A stretch of 59,032 nucleotides of DNA, the filler included, from Actinomycetota bacterium (lineage in GTDB: Bacteria > Actinomycetota > Actinomycetes > JAKEEW01): NCBI GenBank assembly GCA_046725875.1. It is 4 parts of 4 records of this genome, joined end to end, with 100 filler letters (N's around TTAATTAATTAA, not from the genome) between each part and the next. Parts side by side here need not be neighbours in the genome. Positions count along the whole stretch, not along the records: positions 13,718 to 35,324 come from JBKOZJ010000173.1; positions 35,425 to 50,652 come from JBKOZJ010000176.1; 2 more parts are not named here. One strand, given 5' to 3'. The notes under the pieces are model-generated. The model did no database searches, was not told where the DNA came from, and saw only the letters and a program-made list of their open reading frames with translations. Each line of letters opens with the position of its first letter. Within the stretch, counting starts at the first letter, position 1. The position numbers were made by a program, and so were the translations under genes. Positions 32,662 to 42,921 of this stretch are shown in pieces.

Positions 32662-33627
32662 ATGGATACTGCCGATCGCTATCTTGACTACTCCGGTCGT
32701 GAAGACCGGCTCGGCGGTGGGGCTCGCCGCATTCCCATCGATACGCCTGGCGGCCAGTTCGCCGTGTGGACCAAGCGGATCGGCAACAACCCGGAGCTCA
32801 AGGTCCTGCTGCTCCATGGCGGACCGGGGGCCACGCACGAATACTTGGAGGCCTGCGACAGCTACCTTCCAGCCGCAGGGATCGAGTACTACTACTACGA
32901 TCAGCTCGGCTCGGGTTTCAGTGACCAACCCGACGACCCGTTGCTGTGGGAGCTGGACCGGTTTGTCGACGAGGTCGAGCAGGTCCGCAGCGCTCTTGGC
33001 CTGGGCCGTGAGAACTTCGTCCTCTACGGCCAGTCGTGGGGCGGGATGCTCGCCATCGAGTACGCCTTGGCACACCAGGAGCGGCTACGCGGGCTGGTGA
33101 TCTCGAACATGATGGCGAGCGCACCTGCATACCAGGCGTACGCCGAGCAAGTGCTCATGCCAGCGATGGACCAAGATGCGCTGGCCGAGATCAAGGCCCT
33201 GGAGGCGACCGGCGACACCGACAACCCGCGCTACATGCAGCTGCTGATTCCGCATTACTACGAACGCCACTTGCTGCGACTGCCTGCAGACACCTGGCCG
33301 GAGCCAACGCAGCGTGGATTGGCGCACATCAACCGGAAGATCTACGTGCCAATGCAGGGACCAAGCGAACTCGGGATGAGCCAAGACGCCAAGCTAGCCA
33401 ACTGGGACCGGGTCGCCGACCTGCACCAGGTCGACGTTCCGACGCTGATCATCGGCGCCCGTTACGACACCATGGATCCGGCACACCTGGAGATGATGGC
33501 CAGACTCTTGCCACGCGGTCGCTATCTCTACTGTCCCGAGGGAAGCCATCTGGCCATGTACGACGATCAGCAGACCTACTTCGCTGGCCTGATCGACTTC
33601 CTTCGGGGGCTGCCGACCCGCTCCTGA
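32662..33627 (+). CDS. Proline iminopeptidase-family hydrolase
   Basis: HGGPG, YDQLGSG, GQSWGG, YDTM, GSH. Confidence 0.92.
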   Translation: MDTADRYLDYSGREDRLGGGARRIPIDTPGGQFAVWTKRIGNNPELKVLLLHGGPGATHEYLEACDSYLPAAGIEYYYYDQLGSGFSDQPDDPLLWELDRFVDEVEQVRSALGLGRENFVLYGQSWGGMLAIEYALAHQERLRGLVISNMMASAPAYQAYAEQVLMPAMDQDALAEIKALEATGDTDNPRYMQLLIPHYYERHLLRLPADTWPEPTQRGLAHINRKIYVPMQGPSELGMSQDAKLANWDRVADLHQVDVPTLIIGARYDTMDPAHLEMMARLLPRGRYLYCPEGSHLAMYDDQQTYFAGLIDFLRGLPTRS

Positions 33628-33982
33628 GCCTTCCCGACCCGGAAGGTCCGATCGACAGCAGCTCAAGCGACGTGATGCCCGGCCTATCGACCCAGGGGAC
33701 AGGCATCCGACAACTCACAGATCATGGGCGTGACCGCGAATCGGCACCTCACAGGTTACTGGGGCGAAGAAATTCTCTGTTGGGCGAACGCAGATCCGAT
33801 TCGGGCCCACGTCGCACCACGCCGGGATCCGCATGACTTCATCACGGGCCACCCAAGCCCATGCCATGACCTGCACGGCATATCCGCCGCGGCCGGTGCC
33901 CCAAACGACCGTCGCCGACGACGGCCTCCTCGCCTAGGAACGGGTTCCAGCCAGAACGTGACTGGGCCGCACCGAGCGACGA

Positions 33983-34567
33983 TCAGGAGGCGTCGGCGTC
34001 CTGCGCTTTCAGCGCTTGGACTACACGATCAAGGTTGTCCTCCCAGGTGTTCCGTGGCGTCGGTGGTAGGACCTCATCCCAGATCTCGGCGAATGAGCTG
34101 CGCAGCTGGCCGAAGCCTTCGGGTCGGCCGAAGAACCACCAATGCAGGTGCTCGGCACCTTCCCCCCAGCGGCCGATGTGTACCCTCGCGATGCCGGCCA
34201 CGGCCAGCACGGCCCGCTCGACGCGGCCCAGCATCACGCCCTGCTCGTGGGCGAGGTCCTCGGGGAGGTCTGCGGGCCCGGGGAAATGCTGACGCGGTTC
34301 GAGGATCACGACGACCGGCAGGCCGCTCGGCTTGCCGGGGATGGTGACCCGCCATCGCCCCGTCGTCCACAGGTACTCGGAGTCCGGCGTCGCGCAGGCC
34401 CGACAGTCCCTGCCGCCCTGGCCGCTGATCGTCGGCTCCGGTGTCAGCGGCGCCAGGCGTCTGGGCCGAACCTCGCCCTCGAACGGCCAGGTGTCCCACT
34501 CCTGGACCGGTGGCGCCCGGAGGGCTTCGACGGCGCGGGCGTGCAGCTGCTCGGGCGTCTCAGGCAT
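33983..34567 (-). CDS. HIT-like protein
   Basis: CRAC, RVHIGRWGEGAEHLHWWF variant HIT motif. Confidence 0.75.
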   Translation of the reverse strand: MPETPEQLHARAVEALRAPPVQEWDTWPFEGEVRPRRLAPLTPEPTISGQGGRDCRACATPDSEYLWTTGRWRVTIPGKPSGLPVVVILEPRQHFPGPADLPEDLAHEQGVMLGRVERAVLAVAGIARVHIGRWGEGAEHLHWWFFGRPEGFGQLRSSFAEIWDEVLPPTPRNTWEDNLDRVVQALKAQDADAS

Positions 34568-34592
34568 CCGCCAAGGATACGGTTGACCCCCG

Positions 34593-35087
34593 ATGGAGTG
34601 GTCGAAACAGTTCTACGCCTGGCGGGCAGGGCGTGGCTGCCCGTCGTGCGCCGACGGCCGGCCCGACCGGACTGACTTTGGCGTGCGGTATTTCGCCGGC
34701 GACCGGTGCGACGCCTACCTCGTCCGGGCCGACATCCAGCGCGGCCTGACGGTCGCCGTCTTCCGCGGCCGCCATGTTGTCGAGCCAACCGAGCTCACCG
34801 ACGACGAAGCGGCGACCTATGGTCGCGATGTGCTGCGCGTCGGCCGGGCAATCGAGGCCGCCTTCGCTCCCGTCAAGCTCAACTACAACCTGCTGGGCAA
34901 CTCCGTGCCCCACCTTCACACCCACATCGTTCCCCGCTACGCTGACGACCCCCGTCCTGGATGGCCCTTTCCGTTCCCCGATCCGGATCCGCCGCCGATC
35001 TCGGACAACCGACTCAATGCGGACCTCGCCGTGCTGCGCCTGGCGCTGAACAGCCGCACTCGCGGCGACGACCCCGGCGAGGCGTAG
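34593..35087 (+). CDS. HIT-family protein
   Basis: CPSC, LNYNLLGNSVPHLHTHIVPRY. Confidence 0.9.
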   Translation: MEWSKQFYAWRAGRGCPSCADGRPDRTDFGVRYFAGDRCDAYLVRADIQRGLTVAVFRGRHVVEPTELTDDEAATYGRDVLRVGRAIEAAFAPVKLNYNLLGNSVPHLHTHIVPRYADDPRPGWPFPFPDPDPPPISDNRLNADLAVLRLALNSRTRGDDPGEA

Positions 35088-35324
35088 GCGTTTCCCACCG
35101 CAGACGCTCGCGTCCTTCGTTCACAACAGTTCTGCGAGGAGGGCGGCCGCGCGGGCAGCGCCGGCCATTCCACCGTGGGTAGTCGACCGGGCGGGCAGAT
35201 CTCGGTCGCGATCTTTGACACCGCCTTGAACGACGGCCGATTCGCACCCAGCAAGGTGGCGGCACAGCTCGTGCACGTACGCCCCAACGCAGGCTCGGGT
35301 GCGCACAGCCGAGGGGCGGTGCGT

Positions 35325-35424
35325 NNNNNNNNNNNNNNNNNNNNNNNNNNNNNNNNNNNNNNNNNNNNTTAATTAATTAANNNNNNNNNNNNNNNNNNNN
35401 NNNNNNNNNNNNNNNNNNNNNNNN
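35325..35424. other. Artificial contig linker
   Basis: N-run with TTAATTAATTAA. Confidence 0.98.
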
Positions 35425-35565
35425 ACAGCTCCTCCGCGAGCTCGTCCTCGACCCATCCAGGCGCTACCACGGCACCGGACGACCACCCGGCCCCACCCGC
35501 TGACAACAGACGGCCGAACCCACGACTATTGGGTTCGGCCGTCCAGGATCTCCTGAGACATCACA
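35425..35565 (+). mobile_element. Right end of an IS481-family element
   Basis: Transposase tail QLLRELVLDPSRRYHGTGRPPGPTR*, hairpin GGCCGAACCC..GGGTTCGGCC, terminus ...CCTGAGACATCACA (TGT..ACA ends). Confidence 0.75.
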
Positions 35566-35641
35566 TGGAGCCGACGGTGGGATTCGAACCCACACCCTCC
35601 CGATTACAAGTCGGGTGCGCTGCCAGTTGCGCCACGCCGGC
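35566..35641 (-). tRNA. tRNA-Thr (anticodon TGT)
   Basis: 76-nt cloverleaf GCCGGCG...CCCGA-CTTGTAA-TCGGG...GGTTCGAATCC...CGTCGGC-T-CCA. Confidence 0.96.
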
Positions 35642-35767
35642 CAGTGACGACGCTGAACACGAGTGCTGCGTCCCCCGCATGGTAGTCGGTCTGCTGCCCC
35701 CGACCGGCACCGACATTGATCAAGCAGGCTACCGATGGCTCTCGTCAGAGATCCGAGTGCGAACGAG

Positions 35768-35996
35768 ATATCTGTCAGCAGCCGGGGTCGTCCATAGCGA
35801 CCTGGCGCGCTGACAGGACGCAGATATCCACACCTGAAATGAGACTTGTCAGTCGCTGGCCGCGCTTCCCCATGCGGGGCCGAGTCTGACAAGTGCCGCC
35901 TGCAGCATGATCGGCGACGACTTGTCCGGCAGTCGGGTCGCCATCGTAACCGGAGCGGCGGACAAGTTTGTGATCTTGGAAGAAGCTCTGACAAGT
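35768..35996. repeat. Degenerate short inverted repeats (ACTTGTCAG / CTGACAAGT)
   Basis: Half-sites at 35844, 35886, 35920, 35959 and 35988, plus related TCTGTCAGC / GCTGACAG upstream. Confidence 0.5.
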
Positions 35997-36365
35997 AGAG
36001 GATCGTGGATCCCAACTAAGGAGCCACGACATGCCGCGGTTGGCCCGAGAGGTGGCATGGTCATAGGCCACCAGTTACTGACGATCAACAGCGGCATCTT
36101 GGGTCGGAAATATGCCGCGAGGTTGCGTCCGCCCGCCAGTGGACAGGCCGCTTCGTCTCTCTGCGCACCGAGGGCCACGGGCTGTTTCGTCTCTATTCAA
36201 CGTGGGCCATGGATCGGGCGCGTAGCACCATTTGGCCGACGAGATCAGCAAGCTTCGGACATTTCCGGCGCGTGACATCGGTGCGAAGGCCATGTACGGT
36301 CTGGCCACCGACCTTTCACTACGGATCGTCCGGCACGTACCTGCCGGTGAAGGGACAGGCTCGTC

Positions 36366-37457
<1,092 letters not shown>

Positions 37458-37469
37458 GCGACGGCCAAG

Positions 37470-37984
37470 ACTGCAGCTTTACGCGCGGCAATTCAACTTC
37501 CCGCGCGAAGTTGCCGGACAGAGGCCGCAAACCACCCGCCTGAGCAGCCACATCGCGCAGGAAGCCGTCGCCCCGCGCGTAAAGAGTGCACGCCGCCAGC
37601 GCCGCCAGCGCCGGGAGCGCAGGCTCCCTGCCCCCGAGCCGTGCGCACATGGTCTGGATGCGGTTCGTGGCGTGTTCATGCGGCCGTTCGTGGGACTCCG
37701 GCGGTACCGGCCATTCCCCGTGCCCGCGGACGGGAGATCGACCGCGCGCTGGCGCCTCAGCTCGACCTGGACCTGCCGGGTGCCGAAGAGGGCTGCGCGG
37801 AGCCCGGCTTGCGTTCCTATCGTCGTGGGTGCATCTGTACGGCTTCGTAACGATGGATATGTTCGGACACCTGCGCTGGGCGCTGACACACCGACCCGCT
37901 CTTCGAGTACGAGCTGGCGCAGTTCTGCACCAAGCTCGGCATTCCGTACTCGCCACCGGCCTGAGGCGTCGGACGGCACAATGA
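37470..37984 (+). pseudogene. Probable TetR C-terminal (WHG-type) domain remnant
   Basis: AFLSSWVHLYGFVTMDMFGHLRWAL segment; multiple frameshifts; no HTH found. Confidence 0.5.
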
Positions 37985-38005
37985 AACGCTGGCCAGGGAG
38001 CGGCG

Positions 38006-38311
38006 CTAGGGAAGGATCTGGTGGATCCAGCCGCTCTGTTCGAGTACCGGGCGGACGGCAGGCCCGATGGCGGCGAGATCCACATCCCAACCCTCGACCT
38101 GTCCGCGACGGCGGAGGGCATCGAGGAACTGCACGCCGGCGGTCCCGAAGCTTGTGCACTCGTGGGTATCGACGAGAACCCGGGACGGTTCGAGCGGGGA
38201 GACTTCGTCGACGGCCCCATCGAGCTCCTGCCGCATCACGTCCTCAATGTCTCCGGACAGGAAGACGACGATCTCTTCACTCCCCCGGTCGACGACCTCG
38301 ACACTTCCCAT
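38006..38311 (-). CDS. STAS-domain protein (anti-sigma factor antagonist-like)
   Basis: LSGDIE, VLVD...TSFGTAGVQFL, VRPVLEQSG; GGAGG SD. Confidence 0.8.
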   Translation of the reverse strand: MGSVEVVDRGSEEIVVFLSGDIEDVMRQELDGAVDEVSPLEPSRVLVDTHECTSFGTAGVQFLDALRRRGQVEGWDVDLAAIGPAVRPVLEQSGWIHQILP

Positions 38312-38380
38312 GCCGCGTCACCTCCACTCTGACTGTCCCAGGTAACAGCCAGAATCGGAATGCCCAGGCAGCCTCCGGAG

Positions 38381-38584
38381 ATGAATGTGCCGTTGACTCG
38401 ATAGGTTCGAGCCAACGGCACATTCATGTGCCGAGTTTTCGCAGCAACGTCCCGTTGGCTCGAACCGCGCACGTTTTCAGCCATCAGCCGACCCCATGGT
38501 TCGAGCGGACGGCACATTATTACGAACCGACCAGCGATGAATGTGCCGTTGGCTCGAACCTATCGAGCCAACGGCACATTCATC
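38381..38584. repeat. REP/BIME-like palindromic cluster
   Basis: Near-perfect hairpins at 38381-38427 and 38536-38584 in opposite orientation, with a degenerate pair between; unit ATGTGCCGTTGGCTCGA. Confidence 0.85.
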
Positions 38585-38627
38585 CGCAGGCAGGCGGGCG
38601 GGTGGGCGCGGAGAGTGTCGGCGGGTG

Positions 38628-39419
38628 TCAGGGGGAGACGCTGATGTTGCGCTCGTAGACGATGCGCAGGCCGATAAGGGTGAGCCACGGCTCGTGTATG
38701 TCGACAGCGGTCGCTTCGTCGATCACGATCGGCGCGAGGCCCCCGGTAGCGACGACCGTTACCTCGTCCGGGTCTTCGGACAGCTCGGCGATCATCCGTT
38801 CGACCATGCCGTCGACTTGGCCCGCGAAGCCGTACAGGATGCCCGACTGCAGCGACTCGACGGTATTCTTTCCGATCACTGCGCGGGGTCGGGCGACCTC
38901 GACCTTCCGCAACTGTGCCCCGCGGGCGCCCAGCGCGTCGACGGAGATCTCGATGCCGGGCGCGATCGCGGTGCCGAGCAGCTCGCCCCGCGCGGAGATC
39001 GCGTCGAAGGTCGTCGCCGTGCCGAAGTCGACCACCACGCACGGCCCGCCATAGAGCTCGACCGCGGCGACCGCGTTGACAACCCGGTCGCTGCCGACCT
39101 CCTTCGGATTGTCGGTCAGGACCGGCACTCCGGTCTTGACCCCGGGCTCCACGACAACCGCCGGCACGTCGCCGTAGTAACGCCGGAACATCTCCCGCAT
39201 CTCGTGCAGCACCGAAGGGACCGTCGAGCAGAGTGAGATGCCGCTCACGTCAACACCGCCGGCACCCGGATATTGCGAAAGCAATCCCTGCAGCACGACG
39301 GCGAGCTCGTCCGCGGTCCGGCGAGCGTCGGTGGAAACCCGCCAATGCTCCACGATGTCGTCACCGTCGAAGAGCCCAAGCACCGTGTGGGTGTTGCCCA
39401 CATCGATCGTCAGCAGCAT
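38628..39419 (-). CDS. coaX: Type III pantothenate kinase
   Basis: IDVGNT, VGSDR, VDFGTATT, ATGG, LTLIGL. Confidence 0.95.
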   Translation of the reverse strand: MLLTIDVGNTHTVLGLFDGDDIVEHWRVSTDARRTADELAVVLQGLLSQYPGAGGVDVSGISLCSTVPSVLHEMREMFRRYYGDVPAVVVEPGVKTGVPVLTDNPKEVGSDRVVNAVAAVELYGGPCVVVDFGTATTFDAISARGELLGTAIAPGIEISVDALGARGAQLRKVEVARPRAVIGKNTVESLQSGILYGFAGQVDGMVERMIAELSEDPDEVTVVATGGLAPIVIDEATAVDIHEPWLTLIGLRIVYERNISVSP

Positions 39420-39472
39420 CTCGTACACCTCGCCACAGAATTCGGCACCAAAGTTCTGGATCGGGACACCGC

Positions 39473-42013
39473 TCACCGTCGCAGGTCGAGCGCGATATCG
39501 AGCGTTGGGGCCGAGTGGGTGAGGGCGCCAACCGCAAGGTAATCGATGCCCGTTGCCGCGACCTTGCCGGCAGACGCGAGGCTTAGCCCCCCGCTGGCTT
39601 CGAGCTTGGCGCGCCCACCGACCTGCGACACTGCTTCACGCATCGCGTCGACTGACATGTTGTCGAGGAGCACCAGGTCGGCACCGGCGTCCACCGCGGC
39701 CATCGCTTCGGCCACCGAGTCCGCCTCCACCTCGACGGGAACATCGGGAAACTGCTCGCGCACCGCCTTGAACGCCTCGACGATCCCGCCGGCGGCGAGA
39801 ATGTGGTTGTCCTTGACCAGCGCCGCGTCGGACAGTGCCATCCGGTGGTTCTCACCACCGCCACAGCGCACCGCGTACTTCTCGAGAAGACGGAGACCTG
39901 GCGTGGTCTTGCGAGTGTCCCGAACGACCGCACCCGTCCCGGCGACTGCATCAACCCAGCGCCGAGTCAGAGTCGCGATGCCGGACAGCCGGCAGAGCAG
40001 GTTCAGGGCGGTACGCTCACCGAGCAACAGGTCACGAGTACGACCATTCACGGTCATGACCACGTCACCGCGTTCGACCCGGCTACCGTCGGCGAGCGCG
40101 TAATCGACCCTGAGAGCACCCTGACTGGCGTACTCGAGGACCGCGCGGGCCACCGGTAGGCCGGCCACCACCCCGTCGGCGCGCGCTACGAAGTCCGCGG
40201 TGGAGACGTGGCCGGCCGGGATTGTTGCTTGGCTGGTCAGGTCGATGCCGCCCCCGAGATCCTCGGCGATGGCGGCGGCAACGAGGTCTAGGACGTGAGC
40301 CGGCTCCAGCCCGCTCGCGGCAAGCTCGGCGGAGAGGTCGGCCGACGGGACCTGTCGCATCGGGAGCTTTGGAACGTAGGTTGTGGTGACCATGCCGTCG
40401 ACGAGTCTGATGTCGAGATGACCCAGCCAGCGTGCATCGTCCCGCTCGGGCCAGTCCTCCCGCCAGTGGGAACCTCGGGTCTCCGCTCGCCTAAGCGCGC
40501 CGGCGACCAGTGCCTGCGCGACGGTGACGAGGTTCGTCGCCTCCCAGGTCTCGGTGCAAGCGTCGAACGTTTGGGACCGGCCAAGGTCGGTTAGGGTTTG
40601 CTGTGTATTGCGCAAGCCGCGCTCGTCTCTGAGTACGCCAGCGTTCATCGTCATCGCACGCTGCAGCCGGCTCCGTGCCCCCGCGGCGAACAGTCCGGCC
40701 CGCCTGGTGTCTTCGACCGGTGGACGAGCCGGGAACAGGCCGCCGATGATGTCCATGGCGATCCGCTCGGCGAACACAAGACCCTCGAGCAGCGAATTCG
40801 ACGCTAGACGGTTCGCGCCATGTACTCCGGTGCACGCCACCTCGCCACAGGCGTAGAGGCCGGGTACGGAGGTACGGCCGCGAAGGTCGGTGCGCACCCC
40901 ACCGCTCGCGTAGTGGCACGCCGGGGCAACCGGTATCAGCTCGCTCGCCGGGTCGATGCCGTGCTCGCGGCAGCTCGCGAAGATGGTCGGAAAACGAACC
41001 CGCCACTTCTCCTCGCCGAAGTGACGTGCGTCCAGCCACACGTGGTCGGTGCCGGACTCCCGCATCATCCGCATGATTGCCTTGGCGACGACATCGCGCG
41101 GCGCGAGGTCGGCGAGCTCGTGTATGTCCTGCATGAAGCGGTTACCGGAGTCGTCGACCAGGAACGCCCCCTCGCCGCGCACCGCTTCGGATACCAGCGG
41201 CTGCTGGCCGCGGGCCAACCCGCCCAGCCATAGCACGGTCGGGTGAAACTGGACGAACTCGAGGTCGCGCACCACGGCGCCGGCGCGCAGCGCGAGGGCG
41301 ACGCCGTCGCCCGTCGACACCACCGGGTTGGTGGTCGCCGAATAGATCTGGCCCATTCCGCCGGTGGCGAGCACCACCGCCCGGGCCTGGATCGCGCCGA
41401 CCCCGTCGCGAGCGCCTTCGCCCATCACATGCAGTGTCACGCCGGCCGCTCGGCCGGTGCTGTCGAGCAGCAGGTCCAGGGCAAGCGCATGCTCGATGAT
41501 CTCGATCTCCGGGTGGAGACGGACCGCCTCCGCGAGCGCCCGCTCGATCTCCGCCCCGGTCGCGTCGCCGCCCGCATGGGCGATGCGGTCGCGGTGATGG
41601 CCGCCCTCCCGGCCGAGCGCGATGCTGCCGTCGCTTGCGCGGTCGAAGCGCGTGCCGAGCGCGATGAGGCGGCGCACGGCCTCTGGCCCCTCGGTGGTGA
41701 GCAGCCGCACGGCTGCCTCGTCGCACAGGCCAACCCCGGCAGTGAGTGTGTCCGCCTCGTGATCGGCCGCCGAGTCTCCCGGTCCGAGCGCCGCCGCGAT
41801 CCCGCCCTGGGCCCATCGCGTTGATCCGGCAGAGAGGACATCCTTGGTGACGACCAGCACCCGGCCGGACGGTGTCGCGCGCAGCGCGGCGGTCAGGCCG
41901 GCGATGCCGGAGCCGATGACGACGACGTCGGCGGACACGACCCAGCCCGGCGGCGGCGCGAGGAGCCGGTGCGGCAGCCCTGGATTCGACGTGATTGGGG
42001 TCTTGCCGTTCAT
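39473..42013 (-). CDS. nadB-nadC: Fused L-aspartate oxidase / quinolinate phosphoribosyltransferase (NadB-NadC)
   Basis: GSGIAG, AQGGIA, QFHPT, GVHGANRLASNSLLE followed in frame by ERTALN, DTRKTTPG, VKDNH, LLDN, EASGG. Confidence 0.9.
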   Translation of the reverse strand: MNGKTPITSNPGLPHRLLAPPPGWVVSADVVVIGSGIAGLTAALRATPSGRVLVVTKDVLSAGSTRWAQGGIAAALGPGDSAADHEADTLTAGVGLCDEAAVRLLTTEGPEAVRRLIALGTRFDRASDGSIALGREGGHHRDRIAHAGGDATGAEIERALAEAVRLHPEIEIIEHALALDLLLDSTGRAAGVTLHVMGEGARDGVGAIQARAVVLATGGMGQIYSATTNPVVSTGDGVALALRAGAVVRDLEFVQFHPTVLWLGGLARGQQPLVSEAVRGEGAFLVDDSGNRFMQDIHELADLAPRDVVAKAIMRMMRESGTDHVWLDARHFGEEKWRVRFPTIFASCREHGIDPASELIPVAPACHYASGGVRTDLRGRTSVPGLYACGEVACTGVHGANRLASNSLLEGLVFAERIAMDIIGGLFPARPPVEDTRRAGLFAAGARSRLQRAMTMNAGVLRDERGLRNTQQTLTDLGRSQTFDACTETWEATNLVTVAQALVAGALRRAETRGSHWREDWPERDDARWLGHLDIRLVDGMVTTTYVPKLPMRQVPSADLSAELAASGLEPAHVLDLVAAAIAEDLGGGIDLTSQATIPAGHVSTADFVARADGVVAGLPVARAVLEYASQGALRVDYALADGSRVERGDVVMTVNGRTRDLLLGERTALNLLCRLSGIATLTRRWVDAVAGTGAVVRDTRKTTPGLRLLEKYAVRCGGGENHRMALSDAALVKDNHILAAGGIVEAFKAVREQFPDVPVEVEADSVAEAMAAVDAGADLVLLDNMSVDAMREAVSQVGGRAKLEASGGLSLASAGKVAATGIDYLAVGALTHSAPTLDIALDLRR

Positions 42014-42921
42014 TGACCACCGTCCGCGCCGAGCGTGAGCGGCACGTTGTCGATGAGCCTCGTGGTGCCAACGTAGGCGGCGACCGCCAGCGTCGCCTCA
42101 CCGCGGTAACCGGAACCGACCTCGGTGAACGTCGCCGGATCGACGAGGGCGACATAGTCCAGCCGTAGCGGCGGATCGGCGCGGCTCGCCGCGTCGAGCA
42201 CGCGCCGCGCCTGCTCTCGTACGACATCTGGACCCGCACCCGCCCGCGCTGCACCCGCCTGCAGCGCCCGGGAGAGCGCCAGGGCGGTCTGCCGCTCCGG
42301 ATCGGACAGGTAGCGGTTGCGGCTGGACAGCGCGAGACCGTCCGGCTCGCGCACCGTTGGGAGCGCCTCGACCCGTACGGGAAAATCCAGATCGGCCACC
42401 ATCCGACGGATCAACGCCAGCTGCTGAGCGTCCTTCTGGCCGAAGACTGCAACGTCCGGGCGCACCAGATGGAAAAGCTTGGCCACGACGGTCAACACGC
42501 CATCGAAATGACCTGGACGGGTAGCACCCTCCAGCGTCGTACCCATCGAGCCCGGGTCGACGGTCACCAACGGGCTCGTTGGATACATCACCCCCTGCGC
42601 TGGAGCGAAGACCACGCGGACCTGCTCGTCCGTACACAGTGCGAGGTCGGCGTCGAACCGGCGGGGATATCGCTCGAAGTCCTCGTTCGGGCCGAACTGC
42701 AGCGGGTTGACGAAAATGCTCACGACCACGACATGAGCCAGCTCCCTGGCACCCGCAATGAGTGCGCGGTGACCCTCGTGCAGCGCTCCCATCGTCGGGA
42801 CGAGCGCGATGCGGCGCTGGGCGCCGCGCACTGCCGCCATGGACAGCGCCAGCTCCTCCCGGGTCGTAGCCACGACCGGCTGAGGGCGCTCCGGCGCCGG
42901 TTGTTGCGCGGCGGCTGTCAT
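42010..42921 (-). CDS. panC: Pantoate--beta-alanine ligase
   Basis: PTMGALHEGH, SIFVNPLQF, RPGHF, FGQKDAQQ, LSSRN, RLIDN. Confidence 0.96.
   Translation of the reverse strand: MTAAAQQPAPERPQPVVATTREELALSMAAVRGAQRRIALVPTMGALHEGHRALIAGARELAHVVVVSIFVNPLQFGPNEDFERYPRRFDADLALCTDEQVRVVFAPAQGVMYPTSPLVTVDPGSMGTTLEGATRPGHFDGVLTVVAKLFHLVRPDVAVFGQKDAQQLALIRRMVADLDFPVRVEALPTVREPDGLALSSRNRYLSDPERQTALALSRALQAGAARAGAGPDVVREQARRVLDAASRADPPLRLDYVALVDPATFTEVGSGYRGEATLAVAAYVGTTRLIDNVPLTLGADGGQ

Noticed and set aside
35090..35324. ORFs at the end of contig 2
   Set aside because: No recognisable coding signal before the linker
38381..38584. Possible CRISPR array
   Set aside because: Units are inverted rather than direct repeats, spacing is irregular and no cas genes are present
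39420..39476. 19-aa N-terminal extension of CoaX from the GTG overlapping nadC
   Set aside because: ATG at 39419 has its own GAGG SD and matches the family start MLLTIDVGN
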